Below, one piece after another: positions 37,721 to 47,992 of a DNA stretch of 64,000 bases. Origin of the DNA: Ignavibacteriota bacterium (lineage in GTDB: Bacteria > Bacteroidota > Ignavibacteria > UBA10030 > UBA6906); assembly GCA_016218065.1 (NCBI GenBank), contig JACRFA010000097.1, positions 940 to 64,939 of the forward strand. The letters run 5' to 3'. Each line of letters begins with the position of its first letter. Position 1 is the first letter of the stretch. Position numbers and translations under genes: made by a program. The notes under the pieces were generated by a model that worked only from the letters and a program-made list of their open reading frames with translations, was not told the origin of the DNA and made no database searches.

Positions 37721-39082
37721 ATGATTCATTTGGTCAGAGTACTTACTCTGGCGCTGATGCTAGTTGCATTGTCGTCGGCAACAAACGCTCAGCCGAAGCA
37801 ACCGCGCGATCCATTCAGGATTTCTGTCGACTACTCAAGATTTCGTGGTGATGATAAGAACGCGTACATCGAAGTGTACTACTCGTTTCCGCAACGGATG
37901 CTCACCCACGTGCCCGTGCCTGAAGGCTTCAAGGGCGGCGTTGACCTGACGCTGACGGTTCTGCGGAAAGACTCGATTGTGTATGCCGACCGCTCGCTTG
38001 TTCCTTCCAACACAAAAGATACATCGGCGCTGACGTTGAATCTCATCAGTCTCTCGAACTTCATGGTGCCGGAGGGTGAATATCTGCTGAAAGTGGTGGC
38101 GAAGGACGCGAATGATCAGTCGCGACACGACAGCGTGCTGATGCGCCTCCCCGTGAAAGCTCATCCGTCTGAGAAGCTTGCACTGAGCGACATTGAATTT
38201 GCATCGACCATTCGCAAAGGGAAAGAAGGATCGCCGTTCTACAAGAACACGCTCGAGGTGATTCCCAATGCTGACGGTTTGTATGGGAAGGATCAGAAAT
38301 GTTTCTTCTACGCCGAAGCGTACAATCTGCAGGTCGGCGCCGATCAGAGTGACTTCACCGTGAAGACGTCGATTCATAATGCGGTTGGCAATGAAATCGT
38401 GTCGCGTGAGCGACCGCGCAAGCGATCGGCGGAATCGACGGTGCTGGTCGATAATTTTGAGATGGAGAGTCTGCGCAGCGGGACATACACACTCGTGATT
38501 GCGCTGCAGGATTCAACGAAGAAAGTATTTGCCTCCACGGGTAAAAAGTTTTTCGTGTATAACTCTGCGCTCGGCATCGATTCGTCGATGCTGAAGCTTG
38601 ACCCGACCATCGGGCTCTCGACGTTTGCGTCGATGGACGAAAAGGATCTTGACAGCGAATTTAAGTGGGCGCGCTGGGAAGCAAAAGAGGCAGAGCAGGA
38701 TCAATACAAAAAGCTCGAAGGCGTGGCTGCGAAACGGAAGTTCTTCGCGGATTTCTGGACCAAGCGTCCGCCGGGCTCACGCGACGAATACCTGAAGCGC
38801 GTCGCGCATGCCAACAAGTCGCTCACGGTCATGGGCCGTGAAGGATTCAGGACAGATCGCGGGCGCGTATACATCATGTACGGACCACCAGACGACATTG
38901 AACGCCACCCGAACGAGCCAGGCTCGAAGCCGTATGAGGTCTGGCAATACAATTCAATTCAAGGCGGCGTGTTGTTCGTGTTCCTCCAACGGCAAACAAG
39001 CGGAGACCATGAACTGGTGCATTCAACTCACCGCAATGAACTGCACGACGAGAATTGGTCGCGCATGGCGCAAGCCAACTAA
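37721..39082 (+). CDS. GWxTD domain-containing exported protein
   Basis: Signal peptide 'MIHLVRVLTLALMLVALSSATNAQ'. C-terminal 'GREGFRTDRGRVYIMYGPPDDIERHPNEPGSKPYEVWQY' matches the GWxTD domain pattern (GW/F-x-TD-RG..YI..G.PD). Confidence 0.75.
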   Translation: MIHLVRVLTLALMLVALSSATNAQPKQPRDPFRISVDYSRFRGDDKNAYIEVYYSFPQRMLTHVPVPEGFKGGVDLTLTVLRKDSIVYADRSLVPSNTKDTSALTLNLISLSNFMVPEGEYLLKVVAKDANDQSRHDSVLMRLPVKAHPSEKLALSDIEFASTIRKGKEGSPFYKNTLEVIPNADGLYGKDQKCFFYAEAYNLQVGADQSDFTVKTSIHNAVGNEIVSRERPRKRSAESTVLVDNFEMESLRSGTYTLVIALQDSTKKVFASTGKKFFVYNSALGIDSSMLKLDPTIGLSTFASMDEKDLDSEFKWARWEAKEAEQDQYKKLEGVAAKRKFFADFWTKRPPGSRDEYLKRVAHANKSLTVMGREGFRTDRGRVYIMYGPPDDIERHPNEPGSKPYEVWQYNSIQGGVLFVFLQRQTSGDHELVHSTHRNELHDENWSRMAQAN

Positions 39083-39106
39083 CGGTATGATTCGATTGCA
39101 CATCGC

Positions 39107-39139
39107 GAAGCCGCTCATTCGGGCGGCTTCGGCGTTTTG
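39107..39139 (+). terminator. Rho-independent terminator-like hairpin after the GWxTD gene
   Basis: 'GAAGCCGC tcattcgg GCGGCTTC' followed by 'GGCGTTTTGC'. Confidence 0.45.
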
Positions 39140-39184
39140 CGGCGCATTGTAACTTCCGGCTGATTTTCGTAGGTTCAGTCGTTC

Positions 39185-40096
39185 ATGATTGCGTATATCC
39201 AATATCTTCTCTTCAGACTTATTTGCTGGGCCGCGCAGAAGCTTTCCTTCCGCATGGCCGACCGCGTAGGCAGAATGCTCGGCCGCATCGTCTTCTCCGT
39301 CATCAAAGTCAGGAAGAACGTCACACTCGACAATCTCCGACGGGCATTTCCGGAACGGACAGAAGCGGACATACGTTTGATAGCGAAGAGTGCGTACGAG
39401 AACTACGGCATCGCGATCATCGAATTCCTCTGGGCGAGCAACAAGTCGGTCGACGTGATCAGGCAGGTCGTTCGCGTTGCGCACGCCGATGTGATGACGA
39501 CGGCGCTGAGCAAAGGCAAGGGCGTGATACTTCTCTCGGGACATTTTGGAGCGTGGGAATTTCTCATCCCGGCTCCGTTTGCTTATTTCAATGTGCAGGT
39601 CACTGGGTTAGCGCAGAGGCAGAGCAACGTGCGCGTCGACGCAATCATCGATGGCATTCGTAGGAGATTTGGCAACGACACCATTCCGATGGGCGTTGCG
39701 TCGCGGGGAGTGTTGCAGGCGTTAGCAAAGGGAAACATCATCATCATATTGGGCGATCAGAGCGCATCGAAAGAATCGGAGTATGTGCAGTTCTTTGGCC
39801 GGCCCGCGGCAACGCATCGCGGCGCGGCGGCGTTCAGTCTTAAAGCTCGTGCACCCATTGTCATGGGGTTCGTCGTCCGACAGCCCGATGGTACACATGT
39901 CCTGACGTTCGAAGAAGTCGAGCAGTCCGATCTCGATCCGACAAAGAAAGAGAACGTTCTCGAACTTACGCGTAGGCACGTGGCAGTTTTGGAAAAATGG
40001 ATTCGCAAGCATCCCGATCATTGGCTCTGGATGCACAAACGCTGGAAGCATTCCGAGTATCACGCGCAGCAACCCGCACTGACGGAGGCTGAGTAG
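39185..40096 (+). CDS. lpxL: Lipid A biosynthesis (Kdo2-lipid IVA) acyltransferase, LpxL/HtrB family
   Basis: 'VILLSGHFGAWEF' matches the family 'HFGNWE' motif. About 300 aa. Confidence 0.7.
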   Translation: MIAYIQYLLFRLICWAAQKLSFRMADRVGRMLGRIVFSVIKVRKNVTLDNLRRAFPERTEADIRLIAKSAYENYGIAIIEFLWASNKSVDVIRQVVRVAHADVMTTALSKGKGVILLSGHFGAWEFLIPAPFAYFNVQVTGLAQRQSNVRVDAIIDGIRRRFGNDTIPMGVASRGVLQALAKGNIIIILGDQSASKESEYVQFFGRPAATHRGAAAFSLKARAPIVMGFVVRQPDGTHVLTFEEVEQSDLDPTKKENVLELTRRHVAVLEKWIRKHPDHWLWMHKRWKHSEYHAQQPALTEAE

Positions 40097-41148
40097 TGCG
40101 CGCCGCGGAACGCATTGTCGTTTTTCAAACCGCCTTTATCGGCGATGTTGTGCTCACAACTTCACTGATTCAGGTGTTGCGCCGGCAGCTGAGCGATGCA
40201 TTGATCGATGTTGTCGCAATCCCGGCAGGCGCAGCAGTACTCAGGGGCCATCCCGATATTCACGACATCATTGTGTATGATAAGCGAGGTGTCGCGTCAG
40301 GAGTGTTGGGCATCGTCTCGATGATTCAGCGACTCCGGAGCAATCAGTACACGACGGCAGTCATTCCTCACAGATCGCTCCGCAGCGGACTGATTTGTTT
40401 TCTGGCAGGCATTCCGCGACGCATTGGCTTCTCCACGAGTGCAGCACGCCGGCTGATGACAGATGTTGTTGCGTATCGATCCGACCAGCATGAAACCGTC
40501 AGGGACATGAGTTTGCTGCATCCGCTCGGCGTCGTGCCGCCCGATCGTGAACTGCCGCGTGTGTATCCGTCGCACGCCGATGAAGAGGCGGTCAGCGCAT
40601 TCATGACGGTCAGCGGTGTCTCTCCCGCTGAAAGCATAATCGCAATCGCGCCCGGCTCGGTCTGGGCAACGAAGCGCTGGCTTCCCGACCGTTTCGCGAT
40701 GCTTGCACAAAAGCTCGCCGCTGATGGTCATCGGATTGTGTTGATTGGGGGAAAAGCTGACAAGGAGCTTGCAGAAACGATCGGGGAGAGAGTCGATCAA
40801 GGCAAAGTCGTCGATGCAGTAGGAGAGTTGACGCTGCTGCAATCTGCCGAGTTGATCCGTCGTTCGCGGGTGCTGATCTCCAACGATAGCGCGCCAATGC
40901 ATCTTGCAGTCGCGGTGGGAACTCCTGTCGTCGCAATCTTCGGAGCGACGGTTCCGGAGTTTGGATTTGCGCCGATGGGTGAACATGATGTTGTTGTTCA
41001 GACGCTGGGATTGAAATGCCGACCCTGTTCGATTCACGGAGGCAACGCCTGCCCGATCAAGACATTCGTCTGCATGAAAGAAATTACTGCTCAGGATGTT
41101 TTGCTTCGCGTGAATGAAGTACTTGCCATATCAAGGATCGAAGCGTAA
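40096..41148 (+). CDS. Glycosyltransferase family 9 (ADP-heptose:LPS heptosyltransferase-like), GTG start
   Basis: 'RIVVFQTAFIGDVVLTTSLIQ' N-terminus and 'IAPGSVWATKRWLPDRFAMLAQKL...IVLIGGKADKE' C-terminal nucleotide-sugar binding region. Confidence 0.8.
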   Translation: MRAAERIVVFQTAFIGDVVLTTSLIQVLRRQLSDALIDVVAIPAGAAVLRGHPDIHDIIVYDKRGVASGVLGIVSMIQRLRSNQYTTAVIPHRSLRSGLICFLAGIPRRIGFSTSAARRLMTDVVAYRSDQHETVRDMSLLHPLGVVPPDRELPRVYPSHADEEAVSAFMTVSGVSPAESIIAIAPGSVWATKRWLPDRFAMLAQKLAADGHRIVLIGGKADKELAETIGERVDQGKVVDAVGELTLLQSAELIRRSRVLISNDSAPMHLAVAVGTPVVAIFGATVPEFGFAPMGEHDVVVQTLGLKCRPCSIHGGNACPIKTFVCMKEITAQDVLLRVNEVLAISRIEA

Positions 41149-41792
41149 TGGCTCGAACACTGTCAGTTGATCACGAAGCTCCAGCGCTGAGCGTTCTTGG
41201 TGAGGCGGCGGCGTGCATCAGACAAGGTGGAGTTCTTGTGTACCCAACTGAGACGCTCTACGGGATTGGAGCTGACGCCCTGAATGCTGCCGCAATCGGG
41301 AGAGTGGTTGCAGCGAAAAGGCGGCAGGACGACAAGCCGATTCTCGTTATTGTGAATGGCGTTGAAATGCTGTCGGGCCTTGTTGCCTCTGTTCCGAAAA
41401 CCGCCGAGGTGTTGATGGAGGAATTCTGGCCGGGTCCGCTGACAATTGTCTTTGACGTTGCGCCGCGAGTCCCGGCGGCATTGACACGCGGAACCGGAAC
41501 GATCGGCGTCAGAGTTCCATCGAGCACATTCTGTCTTGAGTTGTTGAAGTTGTGCAATTGTCCGTTGACATCGACAAGCGCGAACGTTTCCGGCGAAGCA
41601 ATCAAAAACACAGTGTCTGAAATTCGTGCAGAGCTTGGCGATGCAGTCGATTTGTATATCGATGCCGGCGTCTTGTCCGCCGGCAAACCATCGACAGTTA
41701 TTTCAGTCGCAAATCAAAACATACAGTTTCTTCGAGAAGGTGTAATTTCCTTTGAACGCATTCAAGAAATCCTGTATCAGGTTGAGAAGTAG
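41148..41792 (+). CDS. tsaC: L-threonylcarbamoyladenylate synthase (YrdC/TsaC family)
   Basis: 'GGVLVYPTETLYGIGADALNAAAIGRVVAAKRR...KPILVIV' YrdC domain. 214 aa. Confidence 0.8.
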   Translation: MARTLSVDHEAPALSVLGEAAACIRQGGVLVYPTETLYGIGADALNAAAIGRVVAAKRRQDDKPILVIVNGVEMLSGLVASVPKTAEVLMEEFWPGPLTIVFDVAPRVPAALTRGTGTIGVRVPSSTFCLELLKLCNCPLTSTSANVSGEAIKNTVSEIRAELGDAVDLYIDAGVLSAGKPSTVISVANQNIQFLREGVISFERIQEILYQVEK

Positions 41793-44157
41793 CCTGCTTC
41801 TTTTTGTTGCCGCTGCTTTCGGTGTTCTGTCTCCGATCTTTGCGCAAGAGTCGGCTGACCTCCGCCAGGCGTTTCTCGATCTTACCAACGACGGCGTGGT
41901 GATGAATGTGTCCGCTCATCCGGATGATGAGGACGGCGCGACGCTCGCGTATTGCCGGATGAAGTTTGGCGTGAAGACGTATTCGATTTTGTTCACGCGA
42001 GGCGAAGGCGGACAGAATGAAACCGGGCCGGAGTTGTATGAAGAGCTTGGCGTGCTGCGAACTGCCGAGACACAAGCGGCCGGAAAGATTCTGGGGGCCG
42101 AAGTCCATTTCCTCAACTTCCAGGATTTCGGATATTCAAAAACCGCGACGGAAACGTTTCGGAAGTGGGGCGGATCTCTCGAGGCGCTCCGACGCCTTGT
42201 CTTTGCCATCCGCAAGTACAAGCCCGACATCATCTTCACGAACCACAACACTGTTGACGGTCACGGTCATCATCAGGTCGCAGCGATCACGACGATTGCT
42301 GCGTTCGATGCGGCAGCAGACTCGACAATGTTCCCTGAGCAACTGCTGCTGCCGAACATCCACACGTGGCGGACGCGGAAACTCTTCTTTCGAAATTTCG
42401 GCCGCGTTGATCAGACGGCGGATGTCGTGAATCAGATTGGCGAATCGAACCCCGCGCTCAACTTGACGTACCTTGACATCGCAACCAAAGCGCTCAACCA
42501 ACACAAGACGCAGGGAATGGATCGCGCTGATCTGAGGAGATTCACGCGGGGTTTGAGTCTGTATCGTCTGATGCGTTCGAACAGTATCTATGAGCGGGAC
42601 ACGACGTCGTTTTTCGGCGGCGTCAATCTCTGGAACGATCCTTCGCTGACGCCGTTGAAGGAGCTGCGCCGCCAGTTGACGAGTTTGCACTTCGGCATCC
42701 CGCAAGATTCCCTGATTGACATTAGCGCAACCGCGCTTGCACAGATCGAGAGGTTGAAGTCGACCCCGCTTTCGTCGAGCGCACAGCGAATGATTCTCCG
42801 TTGGCAGGAAGAGGTTGAGCAGCTGCTGAGCGCATCGTGCGGCATCACAGCCGAGTGGAGATTCGCCGACAATGTCATCGTACCGACGCAGAAGGTCGCG
42901 AGTACATTCGATCTGAAATCGGCGGACTGCACCATCAGCGGACTGCGTTGTGAATTCTCGCTCCCGCAAGGCTGGGCAACGAACCAGTTGTCGCCCGCCC
43001 GCGCATCGGGCAAGCGTGAGCTGAGCCAGCAGTTTGAAGTGTTTGTCGGAGACAATGCGACGCGGACAATTCCGAAAGCTGTTGCCATCTACAATCCGCT
43101 GGAGTCCGAGCAGGAAATCAACCTCAGCGCAAAGTTCCTGATGAATGGGAAATCCGTAAGCGTGACGGTGCATCCCGCGTTTGATGTGGCGCCTTATCAG
43201 ACAATCAATGTTGCGCCGAAAGCTGCCGGAGTTTTTCTTTCATCGTTGAACGAAGGGAAGAAGTTCTCGTTCGTTGTCAGAAATTATGCGCCGCGCAAAA
43301 CGGCAGGCCGTGTTGTTGTCCTGATGCCGCCGGGTTGGACTGCTGAATCGGCTGCATTCGCGATTGCACACGAGGATAGCTCGGCCTCGGGCACGATGTT
43401 CGTTCGTCCACCGAAAGATGTGCGTCCCGGTGAATACAAGCTTCGATTCAAAACGGATCTCGCTTGGGACGATGTGATCGTGAGAGTGTTCGACATCGCC
43501 ATCGACAAAAATATTCACATGGGAATTGTTCGAAGCTATGACAACACGCTCGAATCGGCGGCGCAGGAGTTGGGACTTCAATACAAACTCCTCGAAGCCA
43601 AAGACCTCGCTGCTGATCTTTCTTCTCATACTACGATAGTTGTGGATATTCGCGCCTACCTCGTTCGTGATGATCTGAAACAGAACAACAGCCGGTTGTT
43701 GGACTACGTTCGCAAGGGCGGCAATCTTGTGGTCATGTATCAGAAGGATCAGGATTGGAAGCCGGAGTACGCGCCATATCCTATGCGTGTCACGCGAAAG
43801 CGCGTGAGCGTTGAGGAGGCGCCAATCGCGATTCTGAAACCCGGGCATCCGTTGATGAATCATCCGAACAAACTTTCTGACGAGGACTGGCAAGGATGGA
43901 TTCAGGAACGCGGCGTCTATTTCCCTGACGATGTGTCGCCGGAGTACACGCGACTTCTTTCCTCCAACGACCCTGATGAGCCGCCGTTGACGACAGGGTA
44001 TCTCGTGGCTGATGCTGGCGACGGCACGTACATCTACACTTCGTATGTCTGGTATCGTCAGCTCAAGGAATTCAATTCCGGCGCGTATCGGGCGTTCGTC
44101 AACATGATCTCTTATCCGAATCACAGAAAAGAAATTCGCAGCGAAAAGAAACCGTAG
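41752..44157 (+). CDS. Exported PIG-L/LmbE family deacetylase fused to a large C-terminal domain (801 aa). Predicted TTG start (41752 or 41782) overlapping the tsaC 3' end.
   Basis: Signal peptide 'KKSCIRLRSSLLLFVAAAFGVLSPIFAQ'. 'VMNVSAHPDDEDGATLAYC' carries the AHPDDE zinc-deacetylase motif. A C-terminal ~550 aa region follows (possible class-I glutamine-amidotransferase-like fold). Confidence 0.7.
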   Translation: MNAFKKSCIRLRSSLLLFVAAAFGVLSPIFAQESADLRQAFLDLTNDGVVMNVSAHPDDEDGATLAYCRMKFGVKTYSILFTRGEGGQNETGPELYEELGVLRTAETQAAGKILGAEVHFLNFQDFGYSKTATETFRKWGGSLEALRRLVFAIRKYKPDIIFTNHNTVDGHGHHQVAAITTIAAFDAAADSTMFPEQLLLPNIHTWRTRKLFFRNFGRVDQTADVVNQIGESNPALNLTYLDIATKALNQHKTQGMDRADLRRFTRGLSLYRLMRSNSIYERDTTSFFGGVNLWNDPSLTPLKELRRQLTSLHFGIPQDSLIDISATALAQIERLKSTPLSSSAQRMILRWQEEVEQLLSASCGITAEWRFADNVIVPTQKVASTFDLKSADCTISGLRCEFSLPQGWATNQLSPARASGKRELSQQFEVFVGDNATRTIPKAVAIYNPLESEQEINLSAKFLMNGKSVSVTVHPAFDVAPYQTINVAPKAAGVFLSSLNEGKKFSFVVRNYAPRKTAGRVVVLMPPGWTAESAAFAIAHEDSSASGTMFVRPPKDVRPGEYKLRFKTDLAWDDVIVRVFDIAIDKNIHMGIVRSYDNTLESAAQELGLQYKLLEAKDLAADLSSHTTIVVDIRAYLVRDDLKQNNSRLLDYVRKGGNLVVMYQKDQDWKPEYAPYPMRVTRKRVSVEEAPIAILKPGHPLMNHPNKLSDEDWQGWIQERGVYFPDDVSPEYTRLLSSNDPDEPPLTTGYLVADAGDGTYIYTSYVWYRQLKEFNSGAYRAFVNMISYPNHRKEIRSEKKP

Positions 44158-44182
44158 CCACAGGGAACTCCCGAGATCACGA

Positions 44183-45217
44183 ATGAAAACCCGCATCGCT
44201 ATCATCAGCATTGTTGTCCTGAGCTTGAGTCTCTCGTCGTGCAGCTCAAGTGGAGGCAAGAAACATCTTGTCGTCTATTCGCCGCACGGCAAAGAGATGC
44301 TCACTGCCTTTGAGCAGCAATTCGAAGCCGCACATCCGGATGTTGACGTGCAATGGCTGGACATGGGATCGCAGGACGCGTACGACCGGATACGAACCGA
44401 ACGATACAACCCTCAGGCGGACATCTGGTGGGGCGCTCCGCTCACGACATTCGCGAGGGCGGAAGCTGAGAGCTTGTTGGCGCGGTACATTCCCAGCTGG
44501 GATCAGTCCGTTGACGCCGAATCGAAAAGCGCTCACGGATTCTGGTACGGAACGTTCTCGACGCCCGAAGTGATCATGTATAACACGCGTCTGCTCGCGG
44601 AATCGGATGCGCCAAAAGATTGGGACGAGCTGCTGGACCCGAAGTGGCGCGACAAAATTATCGTCCGCTATCCGCTTGCCTCGGGCACGATGCGGATCAT
44701 TTTCTCCTCGCTGATTCAGCGTGAGAAAGCTCGCACCGGAAGCGTTGACGCCGGATTTGAATGGCTGAAGAGGCTGGACGCTAACACGAAAACCTACGCC
44801 GCGGATCCGACTCAGTTGTATCTGAAGATCGCACGCGAAGAAGGAGTCGTGACGCTCTGGAATCTTCCCGATGTCGTCATTCAGACAAAGATCAACGGCT
44901 ATCCGTTCGGGTACGTCATCCCCAAGAGCGGCACTCCGACCATCACGGATTGCATCGCGATTGTTCGCGGCACGCAACAACGACAGGCGGCTGAAGCCTT
45001 CTACGAGTTCGTGACATCGAAAGCGGCGATGCTGCAGCAGGCACAAGAGTTTTACCGCATTCCTTCACGCACCGATCTTGAGAGAAAGGACCTGCCTGAG
45101 TGGATACGCTCGATCGAGGTCGTTCCGATGAAGATCAATTGGCAAGATCTTGAGAGGAACGAGAAGGCGTGGATGAAGCGATGGGATGAAGAAGTCAAAG
45201 GCAAAGGACACGCATAA
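44183..45217 (+). CDS. ABC transporter periplasmic substrate-binding protein (family 1; FbpA/AfuA-like iron(III)-type)
   Basis: Lipoprotein signal 'IVVLSLSLSSC'. 'HLVVYSPHGKEMLTAFEQQFEAAHPDVDVQW...' solute-binding fold. Adjacent cognate ATPase and fused permease. Confidence 0.7.
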   Translation: MKTRIAIISIVVLSLSLSSCSSSGGKKHLVVYSPHGKEMLTAFEQQFEAAHPDVDVQWLDMGSQDAYDRIRTERYNPQADIWWGAPLTTFARAEAESLLARYIPSWDQSVDAESKSAHGFWYGTFSTPEVIMYNTRLLAESDAPKDWDELLDPKWRDKIIVRYPLASGTMRIIFSSLIQREKARTGSVDAGFEWLKRLDANTKTYAADPTQLYLKIAREEGVVTLWNLPDVVIQTKINGYPFGYVIPKSGTPTITDCIAIVRGTQQRQAAEAFYEFVTSKAAMLQQAQEFYRIPSRTDLERKDLPEWIRSIEVVPMKINWQDLERNEKAWMKRWDEEVKGKGHA

Positions 45218-45243
45218 CAGTACCACAAAAAATTGTCATCACC

Positions 45244-46299
45244 TTGTCACTCGTTACTCTTCTCAATCTCTCCAAACATTTCAAATCAACGGCGGCAGTT
45301 CAGGATGTGAACCTCGACATCCGGTCGGGGGAGTTCTTTTCGATCCTCGGTCCGAGCGGCTGCGGAAAAACCACATTGCTACGCATGATTGCCGGGTTCG
45401 AGCAACCGACGACCGGCGCCATCTTCATCAACGGATCCGACGTGACTCAGCTTCCACCGCAAGAGCGCGGCATCGGCATGGTGTTTCAGAACTACGAGTT
45501 GTTCCCGCACATGACCGTGGGCGAGACCGGTGCGTTTGGGTTGGAGACGCAGCGACTGCCGAAAGGAGAAATCCGCAGTCGCGTTGAAAGAATTCTTGAC
45601 GCGGTGAAGCTCGTTCACAAGATCGATGTTCCGGTTCCGAGATTGAGCGGAGGCGAGCAGCAACGCGTGGCGGTGGCTCGTGCGATTGTTGTCGAGCCGG
45701 CGGTGTTGTTGTTTGATGAGCCGCTGAGCAATCTCGACGTGTCGCTTCGCGTGAAGACACGCGAAGAGATTCGTGCTCTTCAGCGTCGCACAGGCATCAC
45801 AACAATCTACGTCACGCACGATCAGGCGGAAGCGATGAGTTTATCCGACCGGATTGGCGTGATCCGCGCGGGGCAGCTCGTGCAGGTCGGCACGCCGGAA
45901 GAAATGTATGAAATGCCCCAGTCGGCGTTCGTCGCGGAGTTTCTCGGCGGAGCGAACGTGTTGCAGGGACAAGTCGCTTTGCAGGAGTTTGCATTTGTTG
46001 TCGGAGAGTTCCGCATTGCCGTCCCTCCGACTACGATCAGCGGGTTGAAGAACGGAGATGCTGCGCTTGCCGTGAAGCCTGAAGCGATTGCACTTTCTCC
46101 CACTGTTCATAGGGGGGAGTATGAAGGGCGAATCTTCCACAGGGAGTATCTCGGCTTCATCACGAATTTTGTTGTTCATGTTCAGGGCGTCGATCTGCAT
46201 GTTAGCACGATGAGTTCTGCGATGACGAAAGAGACTCGCGAGGGCGCTGTCGTTGGACTGAGTTTTGATTGGTCACGATGTCTGTTGATGCAACGATGA
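45244..46299 (+). CDS. ABC transporter ATP-binding protein (FbpC/PotA-like, with C-terminal TOBE-like domain)
   Basis: Walker A 'GPSGCGKTT', signature 'LSGGEQQRVAVARA', Walker B 'LLFDEPLSNLD'. Confidence 0.85.
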   Translation: MSLVTLLNLSKHFKSTAAVQDVNLDIRSGEFFSILGPSGCGKTTLLRMIAGFEQPTTGAIFINGSDVTQLPPQERGIGMVFQNYELFPHMTVGETGAFGLETQRLPKGEIRSRVERILDAVKLVHKIDVPVPRLSGGEQQRVAVARAIVVEPAVLLFDEPLSNLDVSLRVKTREEIRALQRRTGITTIYVTHDQAEAMSLSDRIGVIRAGQLVQVGTPEEMYEMPQSAFVAEFLGGANVLQGQVALQEFAFVVGEFRIAVPPTTISGLKNGDAALAVKPEAIALSPTVHRGEYEGRIFHREYLGFITNFVVHVQGVDLHVSTMSSAMTKETREGAVVGLSFDWSRCLLMQR

Positions 46300-47984
46300 A
46301 CAGAACGAAGCGTTCATACTTCCTTCCGATTCTGATCCTGGCGTTCGTGTACGCTGGATATGTTCTCTTCCCGCTGGGCCGGATGGTCTGGGAGAGTCTG
46401 CACACGGATGAAGTCTTCACGCTGGAGAACTACGTTCAGGCGCTTGATCCGCGGTCGAGCGCCAATCTCGAAGCGGTGTGGAATTCCGTGTACGTGTCGG
46501 TTCTCTCGGTCGTGTTCTCCGGAGTGGTTGGCATTCTATTCGCGTTTGTGTTTACGCAATGTGATTTTCCGTTGCGCGGCGTTTTGTCTCGCGTTGCCGT
46601 GCTTCCGATTGCGTTGCCGCCGCTGGTCGGCGTGATTGCATTTCTGTTTGTGTTCGGCGAAAGTGGAATACTGCCGCGGGTCGTGGAGTGGCTCCTGGGT
46701 GCACGAGCTTCCTCCGTTGCGCTGGAAGGCTTGAGCGCAATCGTTGCCATCCACACCTACTCTTTCTCTGTGTACTTCTATCTCTTTGCATCGACAGCGC
46801 TTCGTTCTCTCGATGCATCTCAGCTCGAAGCTGCCGGGAGTTTCGGCGCATCGCAGGGAAGGATCTTCAGGCAGATCGTTCTGCCGGAATTGAAGCCCGC
46901 GATCATCGGCGCATCGGTTCTCACGTTCATGACGAGCATGGCGTCCTTCTCCGCGCCTCTCTTGTTCGGCGGCGACAAGAGATTCATGACGCTGCAAATC
47001 TACAATGCAAAACTGAACGGAGAAATCGGACTCGCTGCAACATACGCTGTCGGCCTGACGATCATCTCGCTGCTCTTCTTCGTGCTGCTGAGAACTGTCG
47101 GGCACTCATCCGAGAAGCGCTCGATGAAAGGAGCAACTCGCTCAGGCAGAATCAGAATCAGCCCCGGACTCAGGCGGCTTCTCATTGCCTCATCTCTATT
47201 GATCATGGCGATCGAGATACTTCCGATTCTTACGATCGTACTCATTTCGTTTGCAAAGGAGGGCGCATGGACGTGGCAGATTATTCCCCATCAATACACA
47301 ATGGAGAACTACGGCAAACTGTTGAGCGACCCGCGCGTGTTTGAACCGATCATCAACAGTACGTTGATGAGCGTGATTACTGTCGCGGCTGCAGTGGTCG
47401 TCGGCGTCGCGGTAGCCTACCTTCTCACAAAAGGAAACCTGGGCCGCTGGCGAACGACGGGCGAGACTCTGGCGGCATTGCCGTTCGCGATTCCGGGAAC
47501 TGTGATTGCTATTGCCTTGATTCTTGCATTCAACATGCCATCGATCTTCAGCGCGTTCAACGTTCTGGTCGGGACGTTTTGGATTCTTCCGCTGGCGTAT
47601 TTTGTGCGCATGTTTCCGATGGTGGTGCGCTCGACCTCTGCGTCTCTTGAACACGTCGATTCGTCGTTGATGGAAGCTGGCGAAACATTTGGCGCAGGCC
47701 TTTGGACGCGCTTCAGGAAGATTCTGTTGCCGCTGATTGCACCCGGAATAGTATCGGGCGCGCTGCTCGTCATGATCACGGCGTTGGGCGAGTTTGTTTC
47801 GTCGGTTCTGCTCTACTCGTATGCCAACAGGCCGATTGCAGTAGAAATTCTCGCGCAAATGCGAACGTACAATTTCGGCGCCGCAGCCGCGTATTCAGTG
47901 TTTCTTCTTGTGTTCATTCTTGCGCTCGTCGCGCTTGCGAATGCAATCTCAAGGGAACGTACGCTGACTACCCCTGAGTTGTAA
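46269..47984 (+). CDS. ABC transporter permease, fused double transmembrane-domain type (FbpB/AfuB-like)
   Basis: 571 aa with two EAA-like permease halves: 'ALRSLDASQLEAAGSFGASQGRIFRQIVLPELKPAI' and 'SLEHVDSSLMEAGETFGAGLWTRFRKILLPLIAPGI'. Confidence 0.8.
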   Translation: MVTMSVDATMNRTKRSYFLPILILAFVYAGYVLFPLGRMVWESLHTDEVFTLENYVQALDPRSSANLEAVWNSVYVSVLSVVFSGVVGILFAFVFTQCDFPLRGVLSRVAVLPIALPPLVGVIAFLFVFGESGILPRVVEWLLGARASSVALEGLSAIVAIHTYSFSVYFYLFASTALRSLDASQLEAAGSFGASQGRIFRQIVLPELKPAIIGASVLTFMTSMASFSAPLLFGGDKRFMTLQIYNAKLNGEIGLAATYAVGLTIISLLFFVLLRTVGHSSEKRSMKGATRSGRIRISPGLRRLLIASSLLIMAIEILPILTIVLISFAKEGAWTWQIIPHQYTMENYGKLLSDPRVFEPIINSTLMSVITVAAAVVVGVAVAYLLTKGNLGRWRTTGETLAALPFAIPGTVIAIALILAFNMPSIFSAFNVLVGTFWILPLAYFVRMFPMVVRSTSASLEHVDSSLMEAGETFGAGLWTRFRKILLPLIAPGIVSGALLVMITALGEFVSSVLLYSYANRPIAVEILAQMRTYNFGAAAAYSVFLLVFILALVALANAISRERTLTTPEL

Positions 47985-47992
47985 TCCGGTTA

